NCBI GenBank assembly: GCA_001244265.2
Contig: CDLV01000011.1
Span: 1,488,001 to 1,552,000, forward strand
From: Microbotryum violaceum
Lineage: Eukaryota
Direction: 5' to 3'
DNA length: 64,000 nucleotides
This document shows, piece after piece, positions 38,473 to 50,364 of this stretch. The notes under the pieces were generated by a model. The model ran no database searches. It was given only the letters and a program-made list of their open reading frames with translations, and was not told the DNA's origin. Each line of letters starts with the position of its first letter. The first letter of the stretch is position 1. Made by a program: the position numbers and the translations under genes.

Positions 38473-39929
38473 TAAAACAGAAACTGCCATACACGAGGAG
38501 CCTGCTCTGTCCCACTAGAGAATATTCGGGTGCCGGATATTCGAATTCTCAGAGGACCGCGTCAGGGATCGATCAGTGACGATTACGCAAGAATTTCGCC
38601 CACTTGCATCAGGGGGCGCTAACGCGTGAGAGATTGAGAATTCAGGGCGGCAGCGACCTCCATAGGGTATGGGCTGAGGAGATGAGGACACTGAGAAGCC
38701 GTACAGCCAGCCTGGATAAGGACTGTTCTCCGGGCTCCCCGGAACTGCGTAAGATTTCGACTAATCCGAACTGCCGCCGATGGTCGACGCTCCCCGCGCA
38801 TACCGTTTTTCGCTCGACTTGTGCAACCCAGGGTGCACACCGTCCAAGTTGCCCAATGATTGGGACAGAGCCTGAGCTGTACGACGTCATCGCGACTATT
38901 GTCGGCTCGATACGTGAGAATTTGGTTTCATTACACGCACAGCATGTGTACTCAGCGCTCCGACCTACGAGCAGTGGAAACCTTGCTGCAGCGGACCGGG
39001 CCCGGGCCGCTCAAACCTCATCCCCTGAGTATCCATCCACAGGTGGCTTCAACAATCCCTACTGTGACCTCCGATCTTACGAGTTTATTCTAAGGCGCTG
39101 TTGAGTGTATGTGACGACCCTTGGTGAGCTACGCCATAGGAAGGAGTGTTTGCGGAAGACGATGTTTTCTTTAGGGAGCCGTTCGCCCCCTCCGGGTGCG
39201 CGTTAATTCCAGCTAATCTTGCTCAACTTAAGAGCGCACCTTCGATCATCAGTTCCTGAAACGAAGAATCAGGTTCGCCGCCGTCCCCGGCCGGATGAAG
39301 CCAGCACACTGAGCTTCAAGCTTCGTGCCGGTGGAGGCGAGCCTCCTGACTCCTGAGTAACGGGTAGCCATGGCGGTAAGCCGGCTAGACCAGAGTATTA
39401 GGGCAGGAGTCGATGGCTCGAGCAATGCAACATCGTTGGGAAGGGACGACAGATCCTACAACCCTGAAGTGGTATGGCCACCACCTTGGCGCTTCAACTC
39501 AGTTTTGTTCCTCCCAGCCGGGTTTTGGATGCCTACTACTATCTAGCTTCCGTGGAGCTTAATGTGACCCCTGTAAAAGTCTCACGGTAGTCTCACTTTC
39601 CAAGTCCCGTTTTCCGCGAGCTGTGCTCCCGGCCCATGGCAGAACTCGGAGTTGGTCCTGCCCGGATATATGACTCCGTTCAATCGTTTATTCACATTCA
39701 CACTAGCCAGAGGTGATCACACAACAGCAACTGGCGAGGTTTCGCATACTGTAGTGAGACAGTGACATCAGATTGGTCTTTAATGGTTCCAGAAGTTCCG
39801 GTATCCTATTGCGAGACAGCATGAAGTAGCCCCAACATAACAACTCTTCGTACAATAATATATAAGCAAGAAATGTAAGATATTCAAGGTGACTCGACCT
39901 TGCGAGATGTGGAAAACGCCGCCACGCAC

Positions 39930-42179
39930 TTAGACGACGTAGCGGAAGCCCTCGGCGTGGTCGTAGTCCTCGTGGGTGTTGAGCGTAACACCCATTTGGG
40001 GCTCACCCTCGGATCGGTCACGGCGCGAGTTCACCGCTCGGAAGTAGAACGAAAGTACGATGGCCATGATGAAGCCGAGCGCCTCGAAAGCGAGGTTGAT
40101 GATGATACCCTTCCTGTACTGCGGGCCTTGGATGGTGGGGAAGGAGAAGGCAGCGAGGACGGAGAGGCACTGGCCGATCGCGTTGAGCATACCGAGCGAG
40201 AGGGCACGTTGCGATTCGGTACCGGTGTTGGCCGAAACCCACGAGATGATGAGCGGGATGGCACTGTACCCAGCAGTGACGATGCAGATGCAACCGAAGT
40301 AGCGGACGTGGAGCTGGGTGGGCGTAGCCTTATGGGCGGGGATGGCGAGCAAAAGAGCCCATCCGATGATGCCAACAACGAAGACGGAGGCCACGGGGAT
40401 ACCACGGGTCTGCTTGCGATCGGAGAAGCTCGAAAGGAGCAACATGAAGACGAGGGCGACAACGTAGGGAGGAACCGAGAAGAGTTGGGCGTTCGCGTTC
40501 GAGTAGCCGAGACCTTTGATGATGGTGGGCAAGAAACCACCAACCGAGCCGAGCGTCAAGTTCATGCACGAGTACATACTGTGAGGCGCATGAGGAAACG
40601 TGAACGATCAGTCCCAAAACTCAGGCGCGAGAACAGCCTCGACTGCCAGGGTGGCGTACACAGCGAAAGCGTAGGTTTTCCAATCGAAGAAGGCATGTCG
40701 GACGCCAGACCACTCGATACCACTGCTGGCCTCGAAGGAGGATTGCTCGTTCAATCGGGTGTGGGCGAGGGTGCGCTCATCCTCGTTCAGGAACTTGGAA
40801 ATCGAGGGACGCGAAGGGAGGCAGAAGAAGACAACGATGGCGAGCGCGAGAGATGGCAAGCCTTCACTGTTGACGGGGAAGCCGAACGGGGAGAAGGTCA
40901 ACCCTGAATCACTGAGCCTCGACATCTTCACATAATCAGGTCCTTCGGTAACCTACATCAAGAAGAGAATGCGCCATTGCTCGAGCTTGGTGTTGTGGAT
41001 GTTGGCGACACCGTAGGCGATCAAACCGGAGAAGGCACCGGCGGTTGCACCAGCGGAGATGAACAATCCGACACGCTTGGCCAATTCCTTCTTGGTGTAC
41101 CAGAGACTATGTTTCATATTTTTAGCATCAAGCGCGTCAGCTCTCCAAGTCTCCTGGATATCGATCGCTTAGTTTCGTAAACTCACGTGAGATGGAAAGC
41201 CATGGCTTGACCGAACATGGCTTCACCGAGACCGACAAAGAGACGAGCGGTGTAGAGTCCGCCAGGGGTCTTGGCGGCAGCTTGGCAGGTGGCGGCGATG
41301 GACCAGATGAGAGCTCCGATCGAGATAGACGTGGAAGGGTTGATAGCCTTGGCCAGCAAGGTACCGGGGATGGAGAAAACGATGTAGGTGATGCTGTTGG
41401 GGGGACAAAGCGGAGGAGCGGGGTGAGCACGTGCGTGGGCCAGAACAGGCACTGTGCTGCAAGTTCCCGCGATGACAGCCAGTACATTTGACGCTCACAA
41501 GAAGCAAGACAGAGCTATCGAGTATTTGGTGTCGCTGTTATCTAGAACCTCCTTTTGGAGACCCTGCAGTCGGGCCGATCCCATGTTTCCTCGATCTGCG
41601 GATTGTGAGACAGGGGTCATGATTAGTTCATCGATGCTGCGACGACGGAGGACACGCGTTCGACCGAAAAGCGGAAAACTGACCAAGGTAAGCAGAGAGG
41701 TAGAGGAACACGGCCAATGGCAAGATGACGAAATCTGAGCGTCCAATAGGGGAGGGGTGGTCCGTGCCATGTCAGGGCTTGGTCATTTCAAACGTACCTA
41801 CACGAAGCATTCCGCAGCGTTGCGAAGCAGGAAAAAGGGTGGGGGAGTGGAGCTAGTCACGAGGGCGGCGGCGGCGGCGGCGGAGTGGGGCTAACGCCGA
41901 AACTTCAACGGATTCGCCGCCGCACCGCTCGCGATTGGCGTATGTTGCTACACTGTGAAACTGACCTTGCTTGCAAACGAGTCGTCGTTCACGCTTGTGT
42001 CGCTCAGCACGGAGCTCAACACCCGCGGCAGAGTCGGCGTAGCTCGAGTTGGCGGTGCCCTTTTCCGTGTCGTAAGTCACGGTCGGCGCGAGTTGGCCAT
42101 CAGTGGTTGTCGCCTCGGGGGCGAAGCGAGGATTGCGATCGTCGACATGCTGCATTGTGGGTTTGGTATCGTCTTCCAT
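39930..42179 (-). CDS. MFS transporter, ACS (Tna1/Dal5-like) family, tandem copy 3
   Basis: Motifs DRGNMGSARLQGL and LWYTKKELAKRVGLFISAG; the last exon (about 39930-40578) is uninterrupted. Confidence 0.92.
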
Positions 42180-45100
42180 TAGAAAGTATTGGGGATGGAG
42201 GAAGTAAAAGGAGAGAACAAGCACGAAGGTAAAACAAGAATGTTGGGAGTGTAGGAGCGAAAGAGAAGGGGGGCGAGCGAAACTAAAATCCCGTGGGGTG
42301 AGATCAGGCTACGAGAAAATCGGAGGGCGCCGCCACGGACAGGCTTACGGAAGTGTGTCACTAATAAGTGCAACCCGTTACCCCGTGCGAGGCGCGGAGC
42401 TCACAAACTGCGGGTTGAATCGTAAAAGGCTGGGGTACAGCTCTGCAAACAGTCTAGTGGATCTGATTGGCCAAAGCAGGAGCCTGAGCCATCCAACCCC
42501 AGCACAAGGTCGGGCTCACTCGTGGGGTAGGTCGCTTGATTGACTATAACCAATCAGAGGGAGCCCCAAATTTACCCGTCGCCGACTTGTCTTGCATGGT
42601 CGGAGAGCAGAGTCTGCGCGCAACACCCCGGCGACGCCGACCCCACCGCTGTGGGGAAATTCGCGGAGTTCGAGCCATTGCAGCGTAGACTACGGACTCC
42701 GGAGCCTGTACTCGGACTTCCAAGATGCTCGTGGCTCACCCTTCTGTGAAGTCGAGGATATTAAAAAGGCCCACTTCTGCTTCGTGCGGCGAACGCGACG
42801 ATGGCCAAAATGACCCATCCCCCACCGCCACCCCCTGCACCGGGCGTACAGGGCACGCACGCGCGCGCGCAACACGCCACGACGAGAAGATTGACGACTA
42901 AAAATAGATAGCCTAGATTGACGCCAACGCGACTCTTGCCCGACAAATCACAGAGCCCGCAACGGCTTGCAGAGCCTGGGTCCCGTGAAGAGTTTCGATC
43001 GCCTTTCTCTGCAACCTAGGGAGAACGGGTTTGTGTCGCTTTGGAAGTCTGTACGACTTCGGATAAGTCGGAATCAATCGCGGACGCGTCGAGTAGTATG
43101 TGAGGGGTGCGGCCATTCCACGGGCCTTGCCCACAACTGAGACAACTTGCTCTCCTCTCGTTCGAATAGATTTGTCACAGTACCCAGGTCGACGTCGACG
43201 TGGTCGCGTGCGGGTGTCTTGCTCAGGTTCAGACATTGCAAATCGTGAACGAAAACTGATCGGCGTCGGCGGGTTCTCGGCCTCGCAACCCTGACAGCAC
43301 TTTACTCAACCGCCGCCTACACGATATGGGCCCTTTTGTGGTCATCAGGACCTGTACCCCCCTAGCAGGGGATTACATAGCGAGCTATTCGTAGATGAGA
43401 GCTAGCCAGGTGGCAGGCAGGCGCCTATCAGGTGCCGACCTCGTCATGCACACGAGTGACACGATATCACCGGAATTTCGTCAACCTCTTAAACCAGTGG
43501 GAACCCGATAAATTAACGGGAGGATGAAATTCAAAAAATAGCAGGATAATCGAACAGTCTACATGATATCAGCGCAGAGGTTAAGACAATACGAAATACA
43601 GCAAAGAAACAAAATTCATTCATCTTACATTCATTGCCGAAACAGCCTGCATGTCGCTTGTTGCCGGACTTGGCTTCAAACACTCGTGCAATGAGATCCG
43701 GACGGTTGCATGCTTTATCGGCCCCAGTGCAGCCTTGATTTCCGGTGAGTCGGGGTCGTACGTCATCGTGATGAGCAGCGGAGGCTTTCCATGTTTGACA
43801 ACGCACGCCATCGCATCCTGGTATCGCTGCGTGATGTCGCGATTTGGTTCGGGGTCAAGCCGTTGATGCCTTGGGTCGTGGTGAGGCGTAGGTTCTCTTG
43901 ATGTAACCGGATGTGTTGAGTCAATCGGTCTTGACTTGGGAGTACATCCGTAATTCACGAACTCCAGGAAGGGACGTTGGGTGCAATGCGGGATTGAGAA
44001 GTGTTCGTCGCGTTTGGCAAGTAGTGCGCAAAGAATTGTGAACGCGAGACTCGCCACCTCGACCCCTTTACTTGACCTTCGTCCTAGGTGTTCAAAAGTT
44101 CAATGTCAGTCTGTGCTTGCGCCTTCGGCAGAATGGAACATCAGAGAAAGAGCCAAAGACGCGTACGTTCGCCATCACCATCCTCTTCGTCCCCTTCCTC
44201 GCCGTCTTCATCCTCATTGTCGCGGTCTTCGTTCTCCTCTTCGTCTTCTTCGCATCTGGACCAAGGCCGTCAAGTAGCTCGCGCAATTGGACACCATTGT
44301 CGATCTGCTCTCGGTTTCTGGCGATGGGCGGCCCAGCTTGGTTGAAACCGCAAAGAGGAATGTTGGGGTGGAAGCCATCTTCCCCTGCAGGAAAAAGTAG
44401 TGGGTAACGGAGAGGCATCGCGGACGGATGGAGCGAGCTAACGATTTGGTGCTTGGGCCGACCATCGGGACATCGATCACCGTGCACCTGGAGAATAAGG
44501 TCTTGCGGTCCATGATCTCCCGTGTTGGTGTCGGAATCGCAGATAAGCATCGCCATTTCCGTGCTTGACGTAGGAAGGTTGTGGGTGCGTCGGTCTCGGC
44601 CTGGTGGTAGGCAGAGGCGCAGGACCCACTCTTTGGCCGTATCCCAACCCGCGCGGGCTTTGGCCGATGCGAACTCCCTCACAAAGCGATTGCCGGTGCG
44701 CAACATGGACTCGAGCTTGGTCAGCGTTGATCTTTGTATGCGAGTCTCTGCGCTGTCGGGTCCTTGAAGTCGTGTGTCGGTGGCCTCGGCCGGGTCGATC
44801 AGCCATGTCTGGGCAAAGGCTGGGCGTTGATTCACGGCAGGGATCAGGGCACCGAGTCGATGATAGAGGCGGCCGAACACACGAAACACGGGAGGTCCTA
44901 GAGTGCCCACTTGGGTTTGGTCCCAGTGAGCAGCGAGCGAAGTAAAGGACAACGCGTTATTGTAAGACCGGGCATTCTCGCGGAATGCTTTAGCGTCTGT
45001 GTAGGTGCATCGCACAATTCAGCATGTGGGCCATACTGCAGAGATGTTGTTGGACGGAGCAACTGACCGCTATCCGAGCCTTGAAGAAGCTGCCGATACT

Positions 45101-45625
45101 CGAGATTGGGCTGGGGAGGGGGAGGTAGCTGCACCTTGCCCTGCGAAAACGTGGGGCTTGAGGGGTTTGAGCGCGATTCGAGCCCGGCGCACTCGCCTTT
45201 GCGGAGGAGGTGGTGGGGCGAGCCCAGCGTCGAGTTGGCCATCGCGCTGACCACGCTGTCCGTTCTGCACAGCTGCACGGCGGGCTCGTATACGTGTCGC
45301 AATGCCAAGATCGGTTGCATTGTTGTCATGACGCGCGGGGGGCTGATTCTGTTGATCGGTGCGGGACGAAGAGGAGGGTCGAGCCGCGGGGCGCCCAGCA
45401 GCGGGCGCTCGAGCTGGCCCATGGTAGCCCATGGTACGGCGCTATCCTCGCGCCCAAGACTTGGCGAGGTTGCGATGGCCCTCCCTGAGTCCCTGGCGAC
45501 CTTGGGACCGGGACATAGCAGCGAGGGTTTGTTCTTGAATGAGTGTCACTAAAATTGGATGAGAGTGGGAGGGAGAAAGGAAAGGTTGGAGGGAGTGGCG
45601 CAGGATTATTTACGTGGTTTGATTT

Positions 45626-45707
45626 GTTGTTCAGCCCCTAATGCCGCTGGTCGAATGCCATACGGGCAAATTGGTTGTTCAGCCTCTAATGCCGCTGGTC
45701 GACTGCC
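45626..45707. repeat. Direct repeat of 34 bp, period 48, inside the Helitron
   Basis: GTTGTTCAGCC(C/T)CTAATGCCGCTGGTCGA(A/C)TGCC at 45626 and 45674. Confidence 0.85.
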
Positions 45708-46101
45708 GGAATGACACTCCACCGCCGGCGCACCGCATCACGTGACAAACGCCAGCCCTCGCCTCGCACGTCAGGCAGAGCTCTGCTGTAGAAGCAATAT
45801 CATGCAAAGCCACGCGCTTGCGGTTCATTAAATACCATATGAGTGGAAGCATTGTTTTATGTGAGCGAAAAAAAGAAGGAAAATACTGGGAGCGCTGTAG
45901 CTTCGTTGGAACGGCGCGGAAAATACAAAAGTCATCACAAGGCTTGTACATGACTTCTAATCGGAACCCCGACACCACAGGCAGGTGCGGCAGACACAAC
46001 AGTATGCTGGTACATCCACCACAGGCGGCCCGGAGGGCCGCAACCTAGTTAAAAACAGCGATTTTAGGTACATTCCTTAACTCACACTTTTTTTTTACTA
46101 G

Positions 46102-46123
46102 TTAGGGTAAGGGTAAAGGGTAA
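46102..46123 (+). repeat. Short degenerate telomere-like tract
   Basis: TTAGGG TAAGGG TAAAGGG TAA. Confidence 0.6.
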
Positions 46124-46187
46124 CCTGCTGCGCTCGGACCCAAATGTCCGCCCAACTTGTCCGCTTCGCTAAGAGCCAGTAAGTTAT

Positions 46188-48084
46188 TCAATCCGCACTC
46201 TGCTCACTACTCCACCCACTCCCACTATCATCCTCCGAGCTATCCGTCCGCTTCCCCTCCGCTTCCTCGTCTCCAGGCCTATAAACTCTATACCTCCCAT
46301 CACTCGAATCCAAGCCTTGCCACTCGTCTAATTCTCGCGGTCGTTCGAACCCCACCGTCTGGTCCGTTAATCGGCTCGTGGGACCTGGATCATCCATCCC
46401 CCATGGCCCTCGAGGTCGAACTTCGTAACCTTCTGATCCTCTTCGCAATCGAACCCTTCCGTTGGTCTGATCAGCTCTGAGGGTGGCAAGTGGAATGTCG
46501 TCTTCTCCCCCTTCGTCGATGTCGAGCGCCGTATGATCGTCGTCGTCGTCGTCCACACCCGACGATTGTTCGTAAGGCGCTCGATAGGACTTGACAAGCT
46601 TTCGGTTCCTTTGATGAAGTTGCGAGGAAAGGGTCGGGTTCAAAGCTTCGGCACCATAAGTGAAGGCTTGCGAAGGGTCGTTCACCTGATCCCGATGGGA
46701 AGAGGTTGACGAGAACGGGAGATAGGGATCTTTAGGTGGCCAAAGATATTGCGAGTCGTCCTCTTGTGAATTAAGAATTAGTCATGTGATAAGTCTCTTT
46801 CTCTTATCAAGCGTTTTTGGTGCCCCGATGATGGATTCGTGGACCCACCAACTTCTTTGCCAACTTTGTACTTGAGCCCATCGCCTGGTGCTTTTTGACC
46901 TGGCACGAGCCATAGCAACGGGTTTGATCCGAGCACGGCTTGGATGTTCTTGACGAAAGAAAGATGGTAGGGATATTTGAACTGTGGACGAAGAGGGATC
47001 TCCATCAACCCGGCTCGCTCGTCCATGGAGCAAAGTTTCAATGACGTACCTGCCCTATCCGGCCCCTTCGTTGCAGGGTCGCCACCTTTTCCTTTTCCCA
47101 CGATTCGATCGTTGTCGTGTTGGACGCGAGACACCACGAATGGTAGAGCGAGAACACTGGAGGCACACGAGCAGATCCAAGGGGTCAGCCATGCCGAAAC
47201 CGAAAGCCGGATTTTCGCTTCGTGAAGTTGGAGAAGAGCAAGGCGGGTACTCAACTGCCAACAGCAATGAAAGTCGGAAGACATAGCACATAGTTCATCA
47301 CCAAAAGAATCAAGAACCCCTTCGTCATCTCGTGATCAGTATAATCGATCCATTGATTGCCGTAAAAAACCCTGCGCGAAAGCATGACGAGATGCCACGC
47401 CGTGGCGAGGACGACGTAGATGAGGAAGCGGAGAAAGTGGGGGTAGTTGTGGTGGCCGACGCAGTTGTTGACCCAGGGGCAGTGATGGTCCATTTTGAGG
47501 ACGCAGCGCTTGCATTTCTTGCAGTGGTGCGCTCGGGGAGGTTTGTAGGCTGATGAGATTAGGGTCCCCATAAAGTGGGGGCGGGGGGGATCAGCGAGGC
47601 GCGCGAGGAGAGGTAGATGGCGGAAATAGGGTGGTCACCTTTGCAGGTTCGACAGTATCGAGGTGTTCTTGTCAATGACTTGACTTGCATTGGCTCGAGG
47701 TGATTGGGATGCTGTGCACGAGCGAAAGAAGACCTGAGTCCATGTCGCACGAGACGGCTCCGAGGAGCGGTGGACGACTAACCCAATCGACGGGGACCCT
47801 ACCGGGGTCGACGGCGATGCAGAGATAGTAGTTGTACAACAACAGAGCCAAGAGCACATTAAAGGGGAACAAGGTACGCCACTTTGCTTCCGAGCTCAAC
47901 GAAGGCCACGGGATGATGATGTAGATTTGGGGGGACAGGCCGAGGAACAGGATCAGGAGGGTCGTGCATGAGACCCTGCAGGAGGGCGGTGAGGTCGGCA
48001 GGAGGGGACCTGGTCAGCGTGAAGGATCTTTTTACTACGCAAAGAAATGCCAACTGACCATATTCGGCCTCCCCACTTGCCCAT
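46188..48084 (-). CDS. PFA4: DHHC palmitoyltransferase, Pfa4-like
   Basis: [57 protein letters not shown] and WPPKDP. Confidence 0.92.
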
Positions 48085-48393
48085 GCTCGGCTCAGCTCCT
48101 GTTCCCGCAGCAGCCAGATAGCACAGTGAAACTGAACGTGATCGGTGCGACGGACGCGTTGGCTGCAGTTGGGTGCTCCCTGCTGGCCCAGGCTGGCCCT
48201 GCTCCCCGCTGCTCCCTGCGCGAGCCTGCGTGTCAGTGCGCGTCGTCATTTTCTGCCGAGTGGGTCCGAGCTTGAACTGCTGACCAGATCGCGCGTCATT
48301 ATCGATCATCTCGTTGCTTGCTGGCTGGCTTGCTTTCACCATCCTCTCTGCCTCAACCGGTGACACCACTTTGCTTACTCGTCTAGCTCACAC

Positions 48394-50105
48394 ATGTCGC
48401 TTCCTCTCCAACCGCAAGGCGCTCATCACCTCCCCCAAGGCCTGGATGATGATGCCCCCTCGGCTTCCTCCTCGCCCTCGCCACCTCCCTCCCCTCATGC
48501 GCTGGCCAACCCTGAGCCCTTCTCCAACCTCAAGACGGATGAGCGGCATTTCGAAGACCAGAAGAAGAGGGACCAGAGGAAGGCGCGTCTCGTTATGGGT
48601 GAACCGATACAGGACCTCTCGTCCTCGGCTACAGCAAACGGCCAGCCGAGTGACGTCGTACACGAGGGGGAAGCGTTGAAGGACAACGAAGCCTTGCTCG
48701 CTGATGTACCCGATGATGCGCTCGATTTGGAACTCACACACCAGAGGCTGAGGACGTTGAGAGGTCTGGACCTGCATCGGTTCACACAGGTCGAGGTGAG
48801 CGGGTGTCGCTGCTGCTTCCCATCGCGAAACTCTACATCCAGCTGACCCCGCAAGGGGCATGCGAACGACTCATAGCGCATCTCGTTGCGACAAAACCTC
48901 TTGACGTCCCTTTCGTACAGACTCTTACCACCACCAGCACTTGAAGAGTCGATCCCGACTATTGCTTCCGACGTCGCAGCTGCATCTGCCACAGCAACAG
49001 CACCTCAGCACCGCGACGAGATTGACGAGGACGAACTCGATGACCCGGATGCCAAAAAGAAGGAGGACGAGTTCCCATACCAGGAGGTCCGATCAGGCGA
49101 GGAGCAAGTCCAGTGGCCATTGCGAGGACTGAAGCAGCTCGAGGAGATCGACCTGTACGACAATAGTCTCAAAAGCGTCAAAGGGTTAGAGAATCTGCCG
49201 AACTTGAAGTGAGTCGGTGTGTCGACATTGGGCTTTCGTATCGCACAATTGCTGACCAAGAGGACCTCCGATCTGTATGACGAAACAGATCGCTCGACCT
49301 CTCGTTCAATCTCCTCCGATCCATCTCTGAACTGGAAGATGACTCGTCCGACTCGGCCTACGCCTACCCCGAATTGACCCACCTCTACCTTATCCAAAAC
49401 AAGCTCCCTCGCATACAAGGCGTGCGACATCGAACCAACTTGACCTACTTGGAGTTTGGCGGAAATCGGATCAGGGTACGTAACCGGATCTAAGCTTGCT
49501 TTGACGCTTTTCTGGCTGATCACGGCTACCCCCATCAGTCGATCGAGAACCTCCCTATCTCTTCCAATCTAAGGTCTTTGTTCTTGGGCAAGAACAAAAT
49601 CACCAAGATCGAAGGCCTCGAAGGGCTAACCGGCCTGAGAACACTGAGTATTCAGAGTGAGTGAGAGGGATTGGTGGTTTTTAAAGATGGACGGAATGCA
49701 CTCTAACTGTGGGCCCAACACTCACTTGTAACAGGCAACCGACTAACCAAGATCGAAGGACTCGAAACCTTGACCTCGTTGGACGAACTTTATCTCTCCC
49801 ACAACGGACTGACCGAGCTCTCCGGTCTCGAACACAACACCCAACTTACGACACTTGATATCGGTCACAACAAGATCACCTCCATCGCTTCAACGGCATT
49901 GAAGACCCTCGTCAACCTGACCGAGTTCTGGGCCAACGATAATCAATTGACCGAACTGCCCGAGATTGAGAGCAAGGAATTGGAGACGGTGTATTTGGAA
50001 GGAAACCCGTTGCAGAAGGAGTTGGGAGGGAATTACGAGAGGAGGATCATGTACAAGTATTCTAGTGTGAAGCAGATTGATGCTGTGTATCTGAAGAGGT
50101 CGTGA
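48394..50105 (+). CDS. SDS22: Protein phosphatase 1 regulatory subunit Sds22 (LRR)
   Basis: SDS22-type LRRs (SLRQNL, IDLYDN, LDLSFN, LEFGGNRIRSIEN, LFLGKNKITKIEGL, LSIQSNRLTKIEGL, FWANDN) and the LRR-cap VYLEGNP...KQIDA. Confidence 0.93.
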
Positions 50106-50364
50106 TGGACGATTATGTAATGCCAGTCCATGATTGAACGAAGCTCTCTCGTCTGCGACGCACTCTCTTTCTGCAATGCATGGCATTCACAAGGCGTGAT
50201 AAAATGAGTAGCGATAGCTTGTGTGGGTTTGTCTCTTCGTTTTACGTTGTGGAGTTAGAAAAGAAAACTTCATTCAAAGGGGAGTTATGAAAAAAAAGGG
50301 GGAAACGACAAAGTCTCTTTGCCCTCCCTCCTCTCCCTGCTTTTTTCACTCGTTTCCTGTCAAT

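Larger units (their letters stand above)
43494..46182 (-). mobile_element. Degenerate, internally deleted Helitron (RepHel N-terminal part only); termini uncertain
   Basis: FRENARSYNNALSFTS...FRVFGRLYHRLGAL...FAQ and PLRYPLLFPAGEDGF are Helitron N-terminal motifs. RYQDAMACVVKHGKP.LLITMT.DP..PEI and RPDLIARVFEAK match the Rep motif-1 region. There are frameshifts, and no HUH motif or helicase. A hairpin plus CTGG lies at 43494-43520. Confidence 0.88.

Noticed and set aside
31616-42400. TPP riboswitch in the MFS transporter introns
   Set aside because: The conserved CTGAGA...TGAT...GCG core was not found in sense orientation.
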